The notes beneath the pieces were generated by a model, which worked only from the letters and a program-made list of their open reading frames with translations, ran no database searches and was not told the origin of the DNA. Shown piece after piece: positions 38,282-50,819 of a stretch of DNA of 64,000 nucleotides (position 1 is its first letter; each line of letters begins with the position of its first letter). The position numbers and the translations under genes are program-made. Source of the DNA: Mobula hypostoma (lineage: Eukaryota); NCBI RefSeq assembly GCF_963921235.1, contig NC_086097.1, positions 218,924,001 through 218,988,000 on the forward strand, given 5' to 3'.

Positions 38282-38456
38282 AACAACAGGAATTCTGCAG
38301 ATGCTGGAAATTCAAGCAACATACATCAAAGTTGCTGGTGAACGCAGCAGGCCAGGCAGCATCTATAGGAAGAGGCGCAGTCGACGTTTCAGGCCGAGAC
38401 CCTTCGTCAGGACTAACTGAAGGAAGAGTGAGTAAGGGATTTGAAAGCTGGAGGGG
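38282..38456 (-). mobile_element. Young Penelope-like terminal unit insertion containing an intact hammerhead
   Basis: TSD ggttatgca at 38273-38281 and 38457-38465. Confidence 0.85.
38378..38415 (-). ncRNA. Minimal type I hammerhead ribozyme motif (intact)
   Basis: The reverse complement is identical to the motif at 54105-54142. Confidence 0.75.
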
Positions 38457-39329
38457 GGTTATGCACACTCTTTTCAGGGGTAAAGTCATAGAGCACCTCT
38501 TCCCATGAAAGTTGGAATTCTGCTTAATACTTCTTTATATGTTCTGAATTTCTTGTGTGCTCAAAAATGAATTCAACATTTCCAAGGTCAAAACATTACA
38601 TAGTTTGGAAACAAAGTGGATAAAAGAGTTCATATATTTTAATTGAATATTTCCTTCTTAGGGATTTATCCCTTATACCTGTTGGAGTTCTAGGTAAATC
38701 CAGGATATATTACCAATAGACATATAGCTGATGTTGTTCCACTGACCAGCGATGTTAAGTTGTAAGCAGATAGGAATAGAAAGAGGACATTTATGTTAAT
38801 ACTGTTGTTGTTGCTAATAGATATCAGTGGTAAAAGAACAGTTTATATTAATTATCCTTGGTTCTAGAATTTCTATAAGGCACCCATTGGATAACTGAAT
38901 CAAGTGTATGGATGTGATTAACATGGGCAGCAATGATTGGTTGATAGCATATGTCAAATTTTCTTTCATTGTCACTGTCAGATTTGAAGATAGCCTATTT
39001 GCATTGCCTACAATAACAAAACTTTCAAGATTTAATTGCTTTCTTAAAAACTTTCAAGATTTAATTGCTATAGGGTTTATCTGCTTCATTGGCAATCTTC
39101 TGTTGCCAAGAGTGTTCAAAGCACTTTCTGATGTAGGGACTATTATTTAGAGAGGTGGGTTCCAAGGACATTTATCAAGCAAACAGGGAAGTGATATGGT
39201 CTTGACAAGGAATTTGCTGTCTCTATTGGAATTTGGATCAGCATTTCTGATCAGGATTATCTCTCTGTGTTTAAATTAGATTACTTCTCTGTTCAATGAT
39301 GGTGAACTTTTGTTTTGTGCTTCTTTAAG

Positions 39330-39487
39330 GATCTACGGGCTTATAATTCGTCCCTTGTCAGACCTCGAGTGGTTGGAGAATGGGTTGGTCGTGAGGAAAC
39401 CGATGCTGATCCTTTAGCTGCAGAGATGCTCCAGCCTCCCATACCTAGAATTAAGGATGAAACTGAAGAGGCCCACAGCCCTGGAAG
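39330..39487 (+). CDS. C8orf34: C8orf34 internal coding exon
   Basis: tttaag|GAT CTA CGG...GGA AG|gtaaac. Encodes [52 protein letters not shown]. 158 nt, phase 0 to 2. Confidence 0.93.
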
Positions 39488-39699
39488 GTAAACTCCAAGA
39501 TATTTGTGAGCAAGGGTCCCTGATCATTTCTCTTTCTTATCATTCTCATTAAGTCTTTAAACGATTGTACTGCTCTAAATTCAATAAACATCATTAATGT
39601 CATTAGCATCACTGTATAGTGTATTAGCTAAATCCTTTTCAGATAGAATCTTACATCTTTGCTATAATTTATTCAAGGCAAATGTTTTAGTGCAAAGAA

Positions 39700-40232
39700 C
39701 ACCATTCTGGTATGGGGTGGAGGTGACTGGCCGGGATCGAAAGAAGCTACAGAAAGTTTTAAAATTAGTCGTCTCTGTCTTGGGTACTATCCAAGACATC
39801 TCCGAGGAGCAGTGCCTCAGAAAGGCGGTGTCCATTGTTAAGGACCCTCATCACCCAGAACACGACTTTTTTCTCATCAGGAAGGAGGTGGACATACTCA
39901 GCGATTCAGGAACAGCTTCCTCCCCTCTACCAACTGATTCCTAAATGACCATTGAACCCATGAGCTATCTCACTTTTGTTTTATTATCTCTGTTTTTGCA
40001 CTACTACTCTTAACGATTTAATATACATATATACTTACTGTAATTCATTCTTTTATATTGTATTGCATTGTACTGCTGCTGCTGAGTTAATAAATTTCAC
40101 GACATATGCTGTATATATACATATATACTCACTGTAATTCATTCTTTTATATTATCATGTATTGCATTGTACTGCTGCTTCTAAGTTAATAAATTTCACG
40201 ATATTAAACCTGATTTTGATTCTGATTCTGAA
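39700..40232 (+). mobile_element. Rex1-type LINE 3' end with tandemly duplicated 3' UTR (about 40021-40200)
   Basis: WYG...DRKKLQKV...CLRKAVSIVKDPHHP. Two roughly 90-bp copies of atatacatatatact...aataaatttcacg. Tail gattctgattctga. Confidence 0.72.
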
Positions 40233-41127
40233 CATTTTGTGCCGAGAAGGAAGTGTATGTTAAACTACGCCTTCTGGTATGAATTATATGGTTTTACACT
40301 GTGCCATTTGCTCCAATACAAGATGTTGTTATCAGACCTTCACCTGCTGTAAATTTATTTGAATTTTTTCCACAGTTCAAACTTAAATTTGTGCTTTTTT
40401 ATCTATTTTTATTCATGATATAAATATGTTTAGAAAATTTTGGTTGGCTAATTACATAAAATGTGATTGGCATTAGAAAAGTGATGTAAATAAACATTGT
40501 GTAGCTGATTAATCCTTGCATTTAATTTACAAGTCAACATGTAAGTAATTTTCCATGGTTTTGTTAAACTCCAGAGCTGACCATTTCATTACCATCCTTG
40601 GTGATTACTTTGATTCTATTCCCTGAACACCATATTATCCCAAAACTCAGATGTCCATGTCCAATATTGTGTCAAGCCCCATTCAAATCATTGTGCAGCT
40701 CCACGTTTTCCCATATCAACTCTCAATTAAAATAAAACAACACCTTCATTGTAATTTTATCCTTGCTTACACATCACTGCAGAGCCTTGCCAGCTGTGCT
40801 TCTTTAGGTCTGCACTGCTCTGAGTACCAAGTGTGTTCCCTTCATCAAGGGTGGCTCTACCAGGACCCTAAGCTCTGGAATTTTCACCTTAACCTATTTC
40901 ACTATCTCTCTTTCCTCCCATAAGATGCAACTTAAAATCTGTTTTTCTAATGGAGGATTTGATCAGCTTGCCTTCTATCTTCTTCCCAATTTGCCACGAT
41001 TTTGTTTTACTTCTCAGAAGTGCTTTTCTGCTGAAACAAGATGTAAAAGTTGAAATTGTTGCCATTAAAATACGATCAAGACAATCACAAGCTTTTTACT
41101 TTACTTCCATTTGTTACTTTTTGTCTC

Positions 41128-41291
41128 ATACGATAGAGTCTTTTAAGAGACTTTTGGATAGGTACATGGAGCTTTGAAAAGTAGAGGTCTATGGATAAGC
41201 CTAGTAATTTCTAAGGTAGGGACATGTTCGGCACAAATTTGTGGGCCGAAGGGCCTGTATTGTGCTGCAGATTTTCTATGTTTCTATGTTC
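41128..41291 (+). mobile_element. CR1 3' tail (same family as 46975-48078)
   Basis: tttaagagacttttggataggtacatggag...gggcctgtattgtgctg...ttctatgtttctatgtt. Confidence 0.7.
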
Positions 41292-41519
41292 CTCAAACTG
41301 TCATTCAAATTAGTCTGTAAAACTGAAATAACCTGTCATGGACCCTGTATCGCAATATGTATTTCCCGAGAATAAAACTCATGAGAATCTTAAAACTCCT
41401 GTTGCAGAAGCTGAGGTGTTGATTTTAATACAAAAAAATCAGGTGGATTTGAATTGTCTATTTTATAAAATTATAAATGTTTAAAAATTAGAAACCTGAC
41501 CCAGATTGTCCACTTTAAT

Positions 41520-41860
41520 GCAAATATGCATCAGTGTGACACTGCTGCTTCCTGGTCCCCGGAAGTCTGGTTTGACCTTGGCCTCTGGTGCAGACTCTGT
41601 AGTATCCGTGCTTTCTCCATGAACACCTGGGCTTCCAGAGCTGCCTCAGTTTCCTCCTGCATCTCAAAGACATACTGGCTGATTTACATGTTACTGTAAA
41701 TTATACCTTAATGTAAGCATGTGGCAAGAGAACCAAACAGCAGTTGATGGGCAATTGAAAGAGAATGATTTATCACAGTAAGGGGAAACAAGGGTGGAGG
41801 GGGATGGTTCTGGTAGGACTACTCTGCTAGAAATTGGCACAACCCTATTGGGACAAATGT
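41520..41860 (+). mobile_element. Highly decayed tRNA-derived V-SINE-like element
   Basis: Degenerate V-core tttctccatgaacacctgggcttccagagctgcctcagtttcctcctgcatctcaaagacat. Confidence 0.4.
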
Positions 41861-42569
41861 GGATACTGAAAAGGGATCATTCCTAGTAGCATCTTCTTCC
41901 TTCTGGTCACTTGTTTTGCTGCTCTAGGATCTGTCTCATGATTCTTGGGCTACAAAATTCCTAGATGTTTTTCTTCTAGGAGTGCTTACTGTGTACTGTT
42001 TGAAAGGATGTGCAGAGAAAACTGCATTCTTAAGCACACTCTATAGATCTTGGAAGATGTTTGAGCAGCACATTGTGTAACTGCCCACTTGAGTTCTCCC
42101 AAGTCATGGAGTGACCCTTTAAACCTCAAGAAAGGCAACAATGAGTGTAACAGTTTATTGTACTTAGACAGTTCCATGGTAGTTGTTGTGCAGAGCTTTC
42201 AGCTCCAATTTAATTGTTACAGGAGGAAATAGGAATTATGACACTACTGGCCGCACACATTCTTGGAAAAATCACATACCTTAAAATGAATCCTACACAA
42301 AAGTGCCTAGTCTAATTTTGCCTTGCTGTAGTCTTCCCTGGAAATTTTCACCAGTCCATTCTAGTCCAGGCAAAATCAAATTTTGTTCAGTTAGTAGCCA
42401 AAGAAACAAGGACAATGTAGTTCACTTTCTAATCATTAGATTTTCTCGGGGCTAAAACTTTAAAACATTCAGCCAATCTACTGGTTGAGTTCCCCTCTCT
42501 GAACTTAACATGACTATTCCCTCTCTGTCTTCAGTTCAGATGTATGCTTGCATGCCATAGAAGCACCAT

Positions 42570-43055
42570 GATTCTCCAGAGGGGGTTCACGAGAATGATC
42601 CCGGAAATGAAAGAATTAATGTATGAGGAGCATTTGGTGGCTCTGGGCCTGTTCTCACTGGAGTTAGAAGAATGGGGGGGGAGGCGGTGGAATCTCATTG
42701 AAACTTATCAAATATTGAAATGCCTAGAGTGGACATGGAGGGGGTGTTTCCTATAGTGGAGGAGTATAGGACTAGAGGGCACAGCCTCAGAATACAAAGA
42801 AGTCTTTTTAGCACAGAGATGAGGATGAAGTTCTTTAGCCAGAGAGTGGTAAATCTGTGGAATTCATTGCAACAGACATTGGGTATACTTTAAGTGAAGG
42901 TTGATAGGTTCTTGATTATTAAGGGCGTCAAAGGTTATGGGAAGAAAGCGAGAGAATGAGGTTGAGAGGGATAATAAATCAGCCATGATGGAATGGCAGA
43001 GCAGACTCAATGGGCTGAATTCCCTAATTCTGCTTCTATGTCTTATGGTCCTATA
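42570..43055 (+). mobile_element. CR1 LINE 3' fragment
   Basis: QRGFTRMIPEMKELMYEEHLVALGLFSLE, VVNLWNSL, CR1-type 3' UTR. Confidence 0.8.
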
Positions 43056-43553
43056 AATGGACAACATATCAACCAAAACATTATTTCCAATTATAAGAAT
43101 TGGGCAGGTTCAGGTATTGAGTTAGTAACAGATCTAGACAGAATGTCATGAACAAATGTTCAATATTTTTGCCATTAAGGTCTCCAGAATTTTGAAGTCT
43201 TCATTTCAAAGTGTTCCCATCATCTGCTTATTAGTATTGACTGTATCCATGACTGGAAATTTTCCATGGATAGTTGTCACAAAAGGGCGTTCCTTTCACT
43301 ACCTTCATCAATCCAAATTTATCGGCAAGGAGTAGAGGACTCAACTTTTGCTGAAAAGATTCAAAAAGACAACATTTGCTATTCAGTTCAAATATTGAGT
43401 CAATGTTAACATTTTAAAAAGATAATGAAGCTTGTAGTGGTTTCATCAATTCAAGAAGTATTTTTCATGGCTTTTGCTTAATAAATGACTTTGGAATACA
43501 TGTTGCAGGTATTTCCCGTTCAAAACTGACATTAATTCAATCTGCTCTTGCAG

Positions 43554-43720
43554 CGTGAAATTGGAGCAGAAGAGTAAAGGCTTGAGACAACAGCAGCAGC
43601 AGCACAAGAAGCTTTTAGCTGCAATGCTGTCCCAGGATTCCTTCGACTCTGTGCGTAGTGCAGCACCATCCATGACTGAGGAAGACATCGAGGCTGAGGA
43701 TGATGCTATGGAATTACTGG
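43554..43720 (+). CDS. C8orf34: C8orf34 internal coding exon (last seen in window)
   Basis: ttgcag|C GTG AAA...CTG G|gtaagg. Encodes [56 protein letters not shown]. 167 nt, phase 2 to 1. Confidence 0.93.
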
Positions 43721-44744
43721 GTAAGGCAGTCAGTGCAACTCAGTTGAGGGCACCATTCACAAATGTTACATTGCAGATTTTATTTTGCATAAACCAATTG
43801 TAGATAAGCACAGCTCAGATCTACATGTTTTACCTTTGTACTGGTTTACAAGAGGCTACCTTTAAATACAGCATTAGTCTGTGCAGCAAACCTTAGTTCA
43901 AGTCTTTTCTATATCATTTTGCCTGAAGTTATATTTGAACTTATGAAAAAAAATTGAATGTGCTGGAAGTATTATCACAAGTCTCAGAATCCCATCACGC
44001 TTTCAAGAAATGAGAAAATAGTTTGGATGGAAGTTTTCATTAGATGAGAGAAAGTAGAAACCTCTTTTAAAACTGGAAAAAAGCAAAGCAGAGGAAGGAA
44101 ACCAGGTCAAGTTGACAAATGTAGCTGCTCTAATTGCAACATTGCTAACATTTGTAATTCATGTGCATGCCTCATATATATTCTTTCCCCAATGCTGGCA
44201 ATGTGAGAAATTTAAATACAGCTTCCTGCATATTTAATTTCCCAGAGGAATCACAGTGTTAAAGGTACTTATGCTAATAATAAGTGTTCTGTGATCTGGG
44301 TTAATAGCAAGTCAGCATTTAAAGAGAAACTCACTTCAGTTTGAGGAGGATCTCCAGTTTGGGCAGTTTGCTTTAGTTTTGTGCCAAAAATTATTTTTAT
44401 TGTTTTTCTTTTCTGGTCTATTGGTCCTTTGAGGTGTTTAAGCAGGAATTTAGCTGGAAATATTTCATTGTAGTTTACGCAGTCGTAATTTTAAAAGTTG
44501 TGTACCTCTTTTGAATTTTTGTGCTTGAAGATGATGTAAATAGGAAATAAAGCAGTGATATTGTCTGAAAGGTTCCAACAATACCAATTTGGAAAATTAT
44601 GTCCTGTATAGATAGAAATGTAGTATGTGTGAAAGTTACATAAAAACACTTTGTATGGTGTTACTGACAGATTTAAGTTGTAACTAACCTCTTGATGTTT
44701 TTAAGCATTTGGATACTTTAATTTGAGACAAGATTACACAGATC

Positions 44745-45570
44745 TGTCGAAGTTAAAGTCAGGGTTGTGTTTAATGTCATATGCACAAGTACATATATGC
44801 ACAGATGTAATGAAAAACTTAACTGCAGTAATATCACAGGCACAAAGAATGAAATGAGTAGAATTCACCAAAAAAACCAAAATGTTCCAGGAAAGAACAC
44901 AAATGTAGTTCAAAGTGACCATAGCATTGCTGTTCTGAGGTGGTAATTAGGTTTGGCAGATTGGTTCAAGAAGTGAATAGTTGTGGAGATGTAGCTGTTC
45001 TTGAGCCTAATGGGTGTGGGAGTTCAGGCTCCCGTACCTCCTGTCCAATGGGAGCTTTGAGAAGATGCATGGCCCAGATGGTGGGAATCTTTGATGATAG
45101 ATGTTGCTTTCTTAAGGCAGCACCTCATAGATACTACCAATGGACCAATGGTGAGGAGGGCTGTGCCCATGATGTATTGGATTGAGCCACTGCTCTCGGC
45201 AGCTTTTTATATTCCTGTTCATTTAAACCGTCATATCAGACCATGATGCAATCAGTCAGGATAGATTCCACAGTGCATCTGCAAAAGTTTGCTTGAGTGT
45301 ACAGTGCCATGCTGAACTTCCTTGACCTCCTAAGAAAATAAAGATGTTTGTGCACTTTCCTTGTGACACAATTCCTCACAAGTTGAGGTCTGTCAATAAG
45401 GAAGTTGAGAATCCAGTTGAAGAAAGAGGTACAGAGGCTCAGGTCTAGAAGCTTGATAATGAATTTCATGGGACACCAAGCTGTTGTCAATGAACAGCAG
45501 CCTGTATATATGTTCCTCTTGTCTAGATAGTCCAAAGTACAGTGACATCACACCTTCTGTTGACATGTTG
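44745..45570 (-). mobile_element. Decayed Rex1-type LINE fragments
   Basis: FNWILNFLIDRPQLV...LYFLRRSRKF...RCTVESILTDCI. Confidence 0.7.
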
Positions 45571-45780
45571 TGGCTGTAGGTACTATTTTTTTACCAGAGG
45601 AAAGAAATGTCCTCATTTGACCTTAAGGCAAGGATCACACATAATGAGTTTTTGCAAAGTCAATTGCAATCTTTAACGGATAGCTGTTTGGTAGCATTTT
45701 TCTAAGAGCCCTCATTGTCAGAGGTCACTTTTACTCATTGCTTAACATTTGCAAACTTGGCACATGACCATGATCTAAAT

Positions 45781-46130
45781 CAGTGGGCCCCAACCTCTGG
45801 ACTGCGGACCGATACAGGGCCGCGAAGCATGCAGGTGTGCAGCGGTAGCTGGGACGCACCCAGCACATCTTTACAAAAAAAGCGGAAATAAACAAGCTAA
45901 TTAATTAGGTGCCGCCCAGCAAGTAAATGTCGGCCCAGATCAGAGGCGATTGCCGATTGCGTAGCCTCTGATCTGGGCCAACATCTACGTGCCGGGCGGC
46001 ACCTAATTAATTAGCTTGTTTATTTTGTTTTTTTTCTTAAAGATATGCTGGGTGTGTCCCGGCTACTGCTGCACCCCTGCATGCTTTGCGGCCCGGTATC
46101 GTTCCGTGGCCCGGAGGCTGGGGACCAATG
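45781..46130. mobile_element. hAT (Charlie-like) foldback MITE
   Basis: Ends CAGTGGGCCCCAACC and GGCTGGGGACCAATG. 8-bp near-TSD atctaaat/atctacat resembles the NTCTAGAN target. Nearly the whole 350 bp is an imperfect inverted repeat. Confidence 0.85.
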
Positions 46131-46974
46131 ATCTACATAATTAAATGTGATTCAAAGTAGAATTGAATCTAAATTGTACTAAGCCTCATAATGGTTAGCT
46201 GGCTCATCAGCATGATCCAAAGGAATTTGTAGAATGGGAGAATGTTTCACTGAAGATTTGAAATGCATTTTCATTGTAGATGATCATCAGAACTTGTATA
46301 CAATAATAAATGATGATTCAGCTTGCATTTACTTAAGAGCTTACTACTGTGAAAGAATGGTGTCAGACAGCTCTCAGTTCTTGAACATACAATGGGATAT
46401 CTCAGAGATCTGTACATCTGTTAAAAGGAAGTGTAATAGATTACCCTCACTTCATTGTAAGTAATCGTTTGGTTTGTTTATTGTTAACTATCACAAAATT
46501 CCACTCTACTACAGAAGAGTTATTAAAGCAGAGTTCTTGAGTGTGTTTGCGCTTTATAAAGCTTAACTTGGGGGGGAGCATAAGGCACTATTTCCAGGAA
46601 CAGGAAAGCAATTTCAACTGAGTGAGTATGTGAATGAATTATGTAGAATAGTCAGACCTGTGATCAAATGGAAGTCTAAGCAATGGAACATCAATGGAAC
46701 ATCAATTAAATTATCTGGAAAGGCATGTGTTGGAAAACATATGATAAATGCCCATGTAGATCAAATGATTGTAGTAAGAGTCATACAACGGGTAACAATT
46801 GATGATATGTATGTGTATATATATCTGATGTAGATATAGAGTCACTTTATATGTTTGAAAGTTACATAGTAATAGTAGCTCCGGTTAAGGATTGCAAGAT
46901 CCTCAGTTCTAGGAATGAATACAGTGTTGGAGACAAGTACAGAACAAAGGGGCAAACCAATTTAAGAAGTCAAT

Positions 46975-48078
46975 TTGAAACATAGAAACATTGAAAACTT
47001 ACAGCACAATACAGGCCCCTCGGCCCACAAAGTTGTGCCAAACATGTTCCTACCTTAGAAATTACTAGGCTTACCCATAGCCCTCTATTTTTCTAAGCTC
47101 CATGTACCTATCCAAAAGTCTCTTAAAATACCCTATCATATCCGCCTCCACCACCGTTGCCGGCAGCCCATTCCACGCACTCACCACTCTCTGCATAAAA
47201 AAAACTTATCCCTGACATCTCCTCTGTACCTACTCCCCAGCACCTTAAATCTGTGCAACACACATCAAAGTTGCTGGTGAATGCAGCAGGCCAGGCAGCA
47301 TCTCTAGGAAGAGGTACAGTTGATGTTTCGGGCCGAGACCCTTCGTCAGGACTAACTGATGGAAGAACTAGTAAGAGATTTGAAAGTGGGAGGGGGAGGG
47401 GGAGATCCAAAATGATAGAAGAAGACAGGAGGGGGAGGGATGAGCCAAGAGCTGGACAGGTGATTGGCAAAAGGGATATGAGAGGATCATGGGACAGGAG
47501 GCCCAGGGAGAAGGAAAAGGGGGAGGGGGGGAAACCCAGAGGATGGGCAAGGGGTATAGTCAGAGGTACAGAGGGAGAAAAAGGAGAGAGAGAGAAAGAA
47601 TGTGTGTATATAAATAAATAACAGATGGGGTACGAGGGGGAGGTGGGGCATAGCGGAAGTTAGAGAAGTCAATGTTCATGCCATCAGGTTGGAGGCTACC
47701 CAGAGGGAATATTCCTCCAACCAGAGTGTGGCTTCATCTTTACAATAGAGGAGGCCGTGGATAGCCATATCAGAATGGGAATGGGATGTGGAATTAAAAT
47801 GTGTGGCCACTGGGAGATCCTGCTTTCTCTGGCGGACAGAGCGTAAATCAAAAATCTCTGTCCTCTTGTGGCAACCATTTCAGCCCTGGGAAAAAGCTTC
47901 TGACTATCCACACGATCAATGCCTCTCATCATCTTATACACCTCTATCAGGTCACCTCTCATCCTCCGTCGCTCCAAGGAGAAAAGGCCAAGTTCACTCA
48001 ACCTGTTTTCATAAGGCACGCTCCCCAATGCAGGCAACATCCTTGTAAATCTCCTCTGCACCATTTCTATGATTTCCA
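46975..48078 (-). mobile_element. CR1 3' fragment, interrupted by a Penelope-like insertion
   Basis: VQRRFTRMLPAL...[28 protein letters not shown]. Tail gaaacatagaaacat. Confidence 0.85.
47255..47843 (-). mobile_element. Penelope-like element 3' fragment (end of GIY-YIG region, UTR and terminal unit)
   Basis: Reverse complement is homologous to about 62530-63170 (QDLPVATHFN region onward). Confidence 0.87.
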
Positions 48079-48961
48079 ATGAGTCGGTGATGACTGTGTA
48101 GAACTATGAGAAGAGTTTACTCATGTTTTCTTCAGTAAGGATCATCACTGAGGTAGATTTATATACTGTTTTGTAATTAAATCATGGCCAGAGGATATAT
48201 ACTGTATATCATATAACTTGTGTTCCTTCTTGAATTAAATTAAGTAAACATCATTATTCAAAGCTCATGCATCCTGTAGCTGATACTGTAAATAGAACTT
48301 GTCAGAATTCTGTAATATCGAAGGTCCACTTTAAGATACATTATACTTAACATTAGTGTGTGCAGCAGCTACCTGATTTGTCTGAAACTCTGTAGGTGTC
48401 AAAGAATTCAAAGCACGTTTCTCAACTATAACAGCATGTTGCCAGAAATTGAGATCTTTTTCAACTCCTTCTGTACTTCACTTCTGATGACAATTGGTTA
48501 TTGCAAGTTGCTTTGTCAGTACCCTCCAGCACACACTTTTGATTTTGCACTGGTCTATTCGATTCTGACATCTACTTGATCGTTTCCTCTTCTTCCTGAA
48601 GGTTAACTCATTTCATTAACTTTTGAACTGAGTAAAGTTAATGAAATATTTAACCCTCATGAACTTTAAACAATTGGAAAATACTGCTCATAAATGTTAA
48701 ATCCATTCTTTATCTTCATGATCCATAAAGAACTGCGAACAATAAATGTTAGAACAGACACAGGGGTTAAGTGGTCTGTACCAGTTCCAATGTTCCCATA
48801 TGCTGCTGTAGCCATTGGAGTAGATGCAGACAAGGGAAGGGTAGAATGTTTCAACTGGTGGATATTTTGTGAATTGTTTCCTTCGTGCTGAACTTGGTGC
48901 TGATGTACAAAAAGTGAAATCTGCTCTAAGAAGGAGATTACTGTACCTTTGCAGTGAGATA

Positions 48962-49482
48962 CACACAATGGATGCTTTATTAGGTGAAGGGGAACCCAAT
49001 GTGGTCTTCTGCTACTTTAGCCCATCCACTTCAAGGTTCAACATGTTGTGCATTCAATCAGAGATGCTGTTCTGCACAATACTGTTGTAACGTATAGTTA
49101 TTTGAGTTACTGTCACCTCCTTGTCAGCTTGAACTAGCCTGGCCATTTTCCTCTGACCTCTCATCAACAAGGCTTTTTCACTAACTGGATGTCTTTTTGT
49201 TTTTCACACTATTCTCTGTAAATTTCAGAGACTGTTGTGCATGAAAATCCCAGGAGATCAGCAGTTTCTGAGATACTCAAACCACCCTGTCAGGTACATC
49301 AATCATTTCACAGTCAATGTCACTTAGATCACATTTCTTCCCCATTCTGATGTTTGGTCTGAACATCAACTGAACCTCTTGACCACGTCTGCACACTTTA
49401 ATGCATTGTTGCTGCCACATGTTGGGTTGATTAGATATTTGTACTAATGAACAGATGTATCTAATAGAGTGGTCACTGAGTG
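48962..49482 (-). mobile_element. Internally deleted Tc1/mariner transposon
   Basis: TA-flanked degenerate TIRs (CACTCAGTGACCACTCTATTAG and CACACAATGGATGCTTTATTAG). Decayed transposase N-terminus starting MGKKCDLSD and extending to a LKWMG...SSRRPH-like segment. Confidence 0.75.
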
Positions 49483-50376
49483 TATATTTATGCAAATACT
49501 TCTTCTGTAATCGTTTTTAAGTAGGACCTGACATTGTTTATTTGAGATTATGCGACAAATCTTGAACCTAGTGAAACTATCTGTCAATTCTTCCCTTTGT
49601 AATTTCCATTCTCAATTATAAATTAAATGTGTAAACATTTTTGCCTGTTATTTCAACATCACACATTGAAAATTAACATTTCCCAGAGCAATAAACAATA
49701 GCGACCATTTCCAGGTCTGAGTTCTATATTAATTTGCATTGAAAACTTTTGCATTGACATGGTACATTGTAATTACATCCTACTGCATTCTCATTGGCAG
49801 GAGAATATAATGAGATAAGTCACGGCTTATAGATTGTAATAGGACACAAATACTGAGCTATGTAAACAATTGAGAAATATGGGACATCTTTCTCCAACTT
49901 CAGTGGGTTTTGAGGCAATTACTCTCTTACATCTTCCTTTACATGCTTCAAGGTGAACGAAAGAAAATACAGTAAGTATAACGTGTGGAAATGAGACCAG
50001 ATGGTTGCTGAAATTGTAGTGCTTAGTTTGCATTGGCTGATTTCATTATTGGAACAAACATAGAAATCTATAATGGAAAAAGCTGAATAAAATTCAAGAT
50101 GTAATGACTTGACTGTATTGTAGATGTTATGTGAAATAGTAAATATATTACTTTCAGTAGATGAATGTTTGATTTAAACATTGTAGTGCCACTATTCATT
50201 TTCTGCCCTATTTCTGTTCCTTATAAATAATTTTAGTGCTTTAACACCTTGTAGCAAATAAATATTGAACCTTCTCTTGTTCTCAGAAAAACATTAGATA
50301 TAAGGTCCTTTATTCCAAGTTTAGAACGCCAATGGTTATACGAGAGTAGAAATTCATATCTTAGTTCTAATCACTT

Positions 50377-50774
50377 TGTGTTGTGATTAAAGAACCACTT
50401 AGGGATCAAAGCTATAGATGTAACAATCATTTATTCAATCAGCTTCATTACAAGCATTCATTCAGGGGAGATCAAGTGAAGAAATCTCCCTGAAAATCAA
50501 AACATGTCAAGTTTAATACATTTTGAATGAAACAATAATGCATGCGGATGGTTGAAAGCCCGTCAGATGTGGCTTTAAACATTTTTTGATGGCCAAGTTG
50601 CTCTTCAGGTATCTTCCCTGGCCCAGTGGTGATATAGAGGGCTTCCTTTGCTATCTATCTCGTATTAATTCCATACACTTTAATTCTAAGACACGTAGTA
50701 TCCATGATGCTTTAGTCCATTCATGCTTAGACCGCTTCCTACAAAAGTTATTCTCATCCATATAATACATTCCA
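50377..50774 (-). mobile_element. Probable solo LTR
   Basis: TG...CA ends with CACTT on both flanks (50372-50376 and 50775-50779). The minus strand has a TATA-like TATTAAA near 50515 upstream of AATAAA near 50432. Confidence 0.5.
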
Positions 50775-50819
50775 CACTTCACTCTGAGATCTTAATCTAC
50801 TGCTCTCTCTTAGCCTGAT

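Noticed and set aside
39017..39069. Short direct repeat aaaactttcaagatttaattgct
   Set aside because: An ordinary local slippage duplication with no other support.
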